From an uncultured virus (IMG/VR IMGVR_UViG_3300025598_000032) (taxonomy: Duplodnaviria; Heunggongvirae; Uroviricota; Caudoviricetes), in the IMG/VR virus record IMGVR_UViG_3300025598_000032: a stretch of 64,000 bases of DNA. One strand, 5' to 3'. How positions within the stretch are numbered: position 1 is the first letter of the stretch; each line of letters opens with the position of its first letter. The position numbers and the translations under genes are program-made. Of this stretch, positions 59,095 through 64,000 are shown in pieces. The notes beneath the pieces are model-generated. The model did not search any database. It had not been told where the DNA came from and saw nothing but the letters and a program-made list of their open reading frames with translations.

Positions 59095-59324
59095 TGCTGT
59101 GCTTTAGCTGTGGAAAATCAAAAAATGAGCTACATCCACAAAAATCCGATATAATTAATGGAGTAATGCTCTATATGTGTCAGGTCTGTATTGATCAAAA
59201 ATTTGAGCCACGATGGGTTATTATCCTTGGCGGAAGACAAAATGGTCCTGAGTCTGTAAGAGATTATATACTTAAGCATCGTTATGTTGGTAAAACAATT
59301 TCAGCGGAGGAATTAATTGCTTAA
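59094..59324 (+). CDS. Small zinc-finger protein
   Basis: CFSC...CQVC. Confidence 0.6.
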   Translation: MLCFSCGKSKNELHPQKSDIINGVMLYMCQVCIDQKFEPRWVIILGGRQNGPESVRDYILKHRYVGKTISAEELIA

Positions 59325-59613
59325 AATTACAAATGATGTAAACGAATTTATTGCTGAAGATGAATGTGTAGTTTATTTTACAGCAGACTGGTGTAATCCC
59401 TGCAAACAGTTAAAACCACATTACGGCAAAGTATCCGTAATTGATGCTGAAACTAATTATTATTTGGTAGATGTTGACAAAATTGACTCATCTACTGTAG
59501 AATATTATGGAATCAAGAGTATTCCTCAAATTTTTACAATGAAGCGAGGAGAGATTGTTGATCGTATTGAATCACGTACTGCTGAAGCAATTTTGGAGGA
59601 GCTAGGTAAATGA
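59317..59613 (+). CDS. Thioredoxin
   Basis: FTADWCNPCK, VDVD, IKSIP. Confidence 0.92.
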   Translation: MLKITNDVNEFIAEDECVVYFTADWCNPCKQLKPHYGKVSVIDAETNYYLVDVDKIDSSTVEYYGIKSIPQIFTMKRGEIVDRIESRTAEAILEELGK

Positions 59614-60152
59614 CAACTATTGTTGCAGTATGTAAAAATGGTAATGTCACAATGGGAGCTGACTCTCAAGTTACCGATGGTGCCCGTCCAAATATGCATG
59701 CCAGCATGCAGAAGATTACCAAAAATAATGGTTGGATGATTGCTGGTAGCGGTGACTCACAACCTTGTGATATATTGCAACATGTTTTTGTACCACCAGT
59801 TCCTACCGTAAAGGAAAGAGAAAATCTTTATCGTTTTATGGTTGTTAAATTTATTCCAGCCATGAAAGAATGCTTAGAAGAGTACGGGTGGAAAGAAGAT
59901 AAAGAAGAAAAAGATTCAGGGTTTAATATGCTCTTTGCATTTGACGGAGAGATATTTGATATAGGAAATGATTTTAGTGTTTTGCTGAATAGCGACGGCA
60001 TTTATGGTGTAGGATCAGGTTCACAAATCGCTATTGGTGCGTTGTACGCTGGAGCAAGTGTAGAAAAAGCTCTAGAAATTGCTGCTAACAATGATATTTA
60101 TACGTCTGGACCTTTTCAGATTGTTAAACAACAGAAACAAGTTAAAAAATAA
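59610..60152 (+). CDS. HslV/proteasome-beta-like Ntn peptidase
   Basis: M-TTIVAV (N-terminal Thr), GADSQVT, GSGSQIAIGAL, DIYTSG. Confidence 0.82.
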   Translation: MTTIVAVCKNGNVTMGADSQVTDGARPNMHASMQKITKNNGWMIAGSGDSQPCDILQHVFVPPVPTVKERENLYRFMVVKFIPAMKECLEEYGWKEDKEEKDSGFNMLFAFDGEIFDIGNDFSVLLNSDGIYGVGSGSQIAIGALYAGASVEKALEIAANNDIYTSGPFQIVKQQKQVKK

Positions 60153-60325
60153 TGCTAGATGTTAGAGGAATACCAACTGCAGAATGTCCAGAATGTTCTT
60201 CAGATTTATTTAATATTACTGCAAAATTTGACAAGGATACTTACGAGCTGGTATTCTATAAGCTAAGTGCACAGTGCTCAGAGTGTGGCACTTTATTAAC
60301 AGCACCCACTCCAATTGACAAATAG
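60152..60325 (+). CDS. 57-aa zinc-ribbon protein (not in ORF track)
   Basis: MLDVRGIPTAECPEC...QCSECGTLLTAPTPIDK; coupled TAATG. Confidence 0.7.
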   Translation: MLDVRGIPTAECPECSSDLFNITAKFDKDTYELVFYKLSAQCSECGTLLTAPTPIDK

Positions 60326-60383
60326 AATTGGTTGTATAATCAACCATTATCCTGTACAGGGATACTAAATAGATAGGAAAAAC

Positions 60384-61412
60384 ATGAAGGTAACAAAGAA
60401 GATCGCTATTGCAACTGCTGCAGCCCTTGCAATCGTAGGCGTATCAACCGTTGCTCACGCTACACCGCTTGCGGTAACAGTAGCAGGAGTAACAAACGTA
60501 ACAACTTCTGCAGCACCAAAGACAGTAGCAGTTCCAGTATCAAATGTAATTGATTCGTCAAATACAGTAGCACTTGCTTCTACAGCAGATACAGGTACTG
60601 TTGTAACATATGTTGCTTCAGGCGTTAAGCTTGTTTCAGCACTTAACACAACAAATGCTCCAGTAAATTCAGCATCTGGGGTATCATCACTTTCACTAAC
60701 ATCTCAAGGTGTTGCCGTAACAGTATATGCTTATACAACAAGCACAACTGTTGGATCAGTAACCATTACAAACGGTTCATATTCAACAATTGTCTATATT
60801 CAAGGAACAGCAGGAGTTGCAGCAAACGTTGCAGTTTCAGTTCCAGCATCGGCAGCAGTTAATACTGCTCCTACAATTTCAGTTTTAGCAACTGACGTAT
60901 TTGGTAATCCAGTAGCGTCTGAGGCCATTTCTGTAACACTTGTTGGTGCAACTTTCTCTGATGCATCAATCACAAAGACTCTTACAACTTCTGCAGTTAC
61001 TTCTGCAGCAGGTGTAACACCAGTAACAGTTCTTGGTTCAGCAACAGGTACACTTTCTGCAGTAGCAGCGGGTACAGTTACAGTCCTTGCAACTGATTCA
61101 TCAATTGCAGCAACATCTGTTGGCCTACCAACAGCAGTTAAGTCTGCTATTGCAACATTTTCAGTATCAGATTTAAGTGGTCAGATTACATTTTTGAATG
61201 CACAAATTGCATCACTTAATGCACAGATTGAATCAGCAAAGTCTGCGTCGGATGCAGCAACAACTGCACTTACAGTTGAAAAGGCAGCACACGCTGCAGA
61301 TAATGCTACAAACACCGCAGCAATTGCTGCAGTAAATAAGTCATACAAGGCACTTTTTGCCAAGTATAATGTTTTGGCTAAGCGTTTTCGTCAGCCATTA
61401 CTTACTAAGTAA
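60384..61412 (+). CDS. Secreted Ig-like/S-layer-like surface protein with C-terminal coiled coil
   Basis: Signal peptide (KKIAIATAAALAIVG..AHA), ATDVFGNPV Ig-like motif, coiled-coil C-terminus. Confidence 0.65.
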   Translation: MKVTKKIAIATAAALAIVGVSTVAHATPLAVTVAGVTNVTTSAAPKTVAVPVSNVIDSSNTVALASTADTGTVVTYVASGVKLVSALNTTNAPVNSASGVSSLSLTSQGVAVTVYAYTTSTTVGSVTITNGSYSTIVYIQGTAGVAANVAVSVPASAAVNTAPTISVLATDVFGNPVASEAISVTLVGATFSDASITKTLTTSAVTSAAGVTPVTVLGSATGTLSAVAAGTVTVLATDSSIAATSVGLPTAVKSAIATFSVSDLSGQITFLNAQIASLNAQIESAKSASDAATTALTVEKAAHAADNATNTAAIAAVNKSYKALFAKYNVLAKRFRQPLLTK

Positions 61413-61426
61413 GTATTACAACTGGG

Positions 61427-61453
61427 GAGGGTAGACAAAAGTCTACCCTCTTT
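61427..61453 (+). terminator. Terminator hairpin overlapping next promoter
   Basis: GAGGGTAGAC-aaaa-GTCTACCCTC-TTT; TAGACA 61432-18 nt-TATAAT 61456. Confidence 0.7.
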
Positions 61454-61477
61454 GGTATAATAGAATAGGTGATATAA

Positions 61478-61759
61478 ATGGCATGGTGGGTATCGTGGGC
61501 ACTTTCAATATTAGGTGTTATTGGAATTTGGCTTACAGGTAAAAAGAAATGGTACGGATTTGCGGTGGGAATTGCAAACGAGTGTGCATGGGTAGCATAT
61601 TCTATTAACACTAAGCAATGGGGATTTATTTTTGGATCAACAATTTATATTGCAGTTTATTCATTAAATATAAATAAATGGCTATCAGATGAAAAGAAAG
61701 CAAGGGTTAAAAGCATGTTTACATTTAACCCATTCCATAATTATAGAAAGAGTAAATAA
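61478..61759 (+). CDS. Small three-helix membrane protein (half-PnuC-like)
   Basis: SWALSILGVIGIWLTGKKKWYGFAVGIANECAWVAYS. Confidence 0.55.
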   Translation: MAWWVSWALSILGVIGIWLTGKKKWYGFAVGIANECAWVAYSINTKQWGFIFGSTIYIAVYSLNINKWLSDEKKARVKSMFTFNPFHNYRKSK

Positions 61760-62001
61760 TGTCAGACGGTTCAGTTCCATTACATTTTAAACAATTAGAA
61801 GATTTAGTAACACAGGTTGCAGGTGAGCTTTTAGAGCATTGGGCAATTAATGGTCGTTACGAAGAAGCAGAGCAAGATAAGGCTGCTCAAAATGCTATTG
61901 ATGACACAGTATATGTTATTAATGCATACATGATTAAATTTAATGAATTAGTTGCACTAGCGGAATCAGCAAAGAGCAATGTTCAAATTCAAACAAAATA
62001 A
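61759..62001 (+). CDS. Hypothetical protein
   Basis: Coupled ORF. Confidence 0.5.
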   Translation: MSDGSVPLHFKQLEDLVTQVAGELLEHWAINGRYEEAEQDKAAQNAIDDTVYVINAYMIKFNELVALAESAKSNVQIQTK

Positions 62002-62710
62002 AATTAAAGAAGGCGAAATTCATTTTCAGCCAATTGCACCTTCATCTTTTTTTTCTGATTCTCAACCAAAACCAGCAGTAAAAAGTATTCCCGAGTGGTA
62101 TAAAAATATTGCTAGAAATGTGGATGTGACTCAAGAAGAAAAACAAAAAAGCCCTAAATTAAATTCAGTGCCGATGGGTACAATTAAAAAGTGTATTCCA
62201 GTTTTAGATGCATTGAGTGTTGGTTATATTTACTCTCTTCCTATTGAATTAGCTTATGATGAAGAAACCTTTACATTTGGCCATAACTCAGATATTGATA
62301 TGATCCAAGGTCATGATGGTAGACAAGTTCAAGGATTTGCAGCAGGACCAGAGTATGTTCCAATGGCTTATAAATGGCGTAATTTAAATATAATTCGTAC
62401 AGCTCCTGGGTGGTCTTGTTTATTTACACATCCATTAAATAGATTTGATTTGCCATTTACAACTATGTCGGGAGTTGTTGATACTGATACTCATCCTATG
62501 CCAATCAATTTTCCATTTTTAATGAAAAAAGGATTTACTGGTAAGCTTGAAATTGGTACACCTCTTATACAAATCATTCCGTTTAAAAGAAAAGATTGGA
62601 AATCTGTTACAAGAGAATATAGTCAGTACGATTCATCGGGGTATGAAGCAACAAAATTAACTGAAGATAATTATAAAAAAAGTTTTTGGAACAAAAAGAA
62701 TTATAATTAA
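61979..62710 (+). CDS. DUF6065-like protein; paralog of 1643..2371
   Basis: RTAPGWSCLFTHPLNRFDLPFTTMSGVVDTD...GTPLIQIIPFKR. Confidence 0.55.
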   Translation: MFKFKQNKIKEGEIHFQPIAPSSFFSDSQPKPAVKSIPEWYKNIARNVDVTQEEKQKSPKLNSVPMGTIKKCIPVLDALSVGYIYSLPIELAYDEETFTFGHNSDIDMIQGHDGRQVQGFAAGPEYVPMAYKWRNLNIIRTAPGWSCLFTHPLNRFDLPFTTMSGVVDTDTHPMPINFPFLMKKGFTGKLEIGTPLIQIIPFKRKDWKSVTREYSQYDSSGYEATKLTEDNYKKSFWNKKNYN

Positions 62711-62739
62711 TTAACTAAACATGATATAATTGCTATATC

Positions 62740-63114
62740 ATGAAAAAAATCAAGCACTCTTTTAGAATATTTGAAAAAAGAATAGAGGAACTGGCAGACT
62801 GGACAGCAGAAACGTCCGCAAGCCCTTGGTTTCTTATTATTCACGCTGTTTGGTGGGGTTGTTGGATAGGGTTTAAAGTAGAACCCTTTCCATATGGGCT
62901 TTTAACTATGATTTTAAGTTTAGAAGCTATTATATTGTCAGCACTTATTTTGTCTTCAAGTAATCGTGAAGGCGAAGCAGAAAAGAAAATATCTAGAAAA
63001 ACATTAAGCAATACAAAAGAGACCAACTGGATGACGGAAGAAATTCTAGAAGCCGTAAGGGATCTTCGAGAAGACATTAGAGTCCTCAAAGAAGAAGATG
63101 AGGGGGAAATCTAA
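62740..63114 (+). CDS. DUF1003-like membrane protein
   Basis: LADW...SPWFLIIH...EPFPYGLLTMILSLEAIILSALILSSSNR. Confidence 0.75.
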   Translation: MKKIKHSFRIFEKRIEELADWTAETSASPWFLIIHAVWWGCWIGFKVEPFPYGLLTMILSLEAIILSALILSSSNREGEAEKKISRKTLSNTKETNWMTEEILEAVRDLREDIRVLKEEDEGEI

Positions 63115-63236
63115 TGCAATGCTTATTAATGTATTTTAGTATGCTTGTTATTATGGCTTTATCTTTTAAATGTCATAATGCTAATAAACATAAGAAATAA
63201 TTGACAAAATTGTCACCTATCTGATAGGATAGCCTA

Positions 63237-63542
63237 ATGAAAGATCAAGAAGATATTGTTCAGTTAATTTTGGACAGATATTTGTTGTGTCCACAGATTA
63301 AAGATTACACCTGCGACTTATGGTGGAAGCACGACGATTGTTTAGTACTATGGCAGTTACTATATGAAATCAACCCAAAAATATACCCTAAGCCTCCAGT
63401 TGAGGATAATTGGCATATTAAAAAAATGGATTTAATGAAAGCTAGTATACAAAAAGTAATGTACGAAAATGCAGAATTGTTTGATAAACTTGGTTCTGAT
63501 TATGATGAAAACGGGATACCTTACTGGGAGAAGAATGATTGA
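63237..63542 (+). CDS. Hypothetical protein, probably leaderless
   Basis: TTGACA 63201-18 nt-TAGGAT 63225; ATG 6 nt later. Confidence 0.5.
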   Translation: MKDQEDIVQLILDRYLLCPQIKDYTCDLWWKHDDCLVLWQLLYEINPKIYPKPPVEDNWHIKKMDLMKASIQKVMYENAELFDKLGSDYDENGIPYWEKND

Positions 63543-63969
63543 CTTTCAAGCCGAATCTAAAAGATCTGGCGATAAGTTTGAAGACTTAGTATATAAAGAT
63601 TTAATTAATCGTGAATATATTGATTTAAAAAAGAATTTTGATATTCCTGAAATTGGCATTCAAGTTGATTTTTTTGGCGACTATGGCCATTATATTGAAG
63701 CAAAAGGCGGGGCAGAAGGCGATAAAAAGCGTCCAGGGGCTAAGAGAACAGATAATGTTAAAAAAGCAATTGCTAATGGAGCATTATTAAAAAAAGTAAA
63801 CGCTAACGCATATTACATTGTTTATTTTTCATCTTATCCAGTTGAAGGTAGCTCGTCAGACAAAATGTTAAAAGCTGCTTTAAAATATAATTTTATTGAT
63901 GAAATTAGATATTTACAATTAGAAGATGATGATGTAGAATATACATTGTTTGATGAATGGATTAATTAA
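63535..63969 (+). CDS. PD-(D/E)XK restriction-endonuclease-like nuclease
   Basis: GDKFE...QVDF...IEAKGG...RTDNVKKAI; in-frame ATG at 63535. Confidence 0.65.
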   Translation: MIDFQAESKRSGDKFEDLVYKDLINREYIDLKKNFDIPEIGIQVDFFGDYGHYIEAKGGAEGDKKRPGAKRTDNVKKAIANGALLKKVNANAYYIVYFSSYPVEGSSSDKMLKAALKYNFIDEIRYLQLEDDDVEYTLFDEWIN

Positions 63970-64000
63970 TGATAAATGAAAAAGAGTTTGATGATGAATA

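Noticed and set aside
1186..63089. Minus-strand and nested alternative-frame ORFs in the track (e.g. 6109..6393, 6406..6720, 12210..12503, 40033..40440, 56244..56561)
   Set aside because: They lie within well-supported + strand genes, lack recognisable motifs and look like shadow ORFs.
1..64000. Prophage/integration module or alternative genetic code
   Set aside because: No integrase, repressor cassette or host flank was seen; genes read intact in the standard code with TAA, TAG and TGA all used as stops.

Overview
The window is a 64-kb segment of an AT-rich, long-tailed dsDNA phage (siphovirus-type Caudoviricetes), with essentially all genes on the + strand. WhiB, a DnaE-type Pol III alpha and candidate leaderless promoters point to an actinobacterial host, plausibly a low-GC freshwater lineage (inference). 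From 1 to 2.4 kb lies the end of an accessory block: a VG-repeat/Hint-domain protein, a GT60-like GlcNAc transferase and a DUF6065-like protein. From 2.4 to 30.6 kb lie portal, endolysin, prohead protease/scaffold, capsid, neck, tail tube, a -1 frameshifted tail chaperone, tape measure and very large tail fibre/adhesin genes. From 30.6 to 48 kb lie a 2OG-Fe(II) oxygenase, replication/recombination genes (DnaB, primase, SSB, DnaE, RecA, Cas4-like, RuvC-like) and a glycosylation cassette. The terminase is at 48-50.5 kb. From 50.5 to 64 kb is an accessory region with 5 tRNAs, two unexplained structured RNA candidates, Hsp20, Dps, GroES, WhiB, thioredoxin, an HslV-like protease and putative internal head proteins. 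The best leads are (1) a Hint-autoprocessed (VG)14 protein next to a hydroxyproline-type glycosyltransferase, (2) an S-[LF]-W-x-G-x-F tag plus hydrophobic-x-K sites shared by the scaffold and distant accessory proteins (possible capsid-cargo addressing), and (3) a 115-nt closed-stem RNA between two tRNAs and a promoter-flanked pseudoknot RNA. All family assignments come from recognising motifs by eye; no database search was run.
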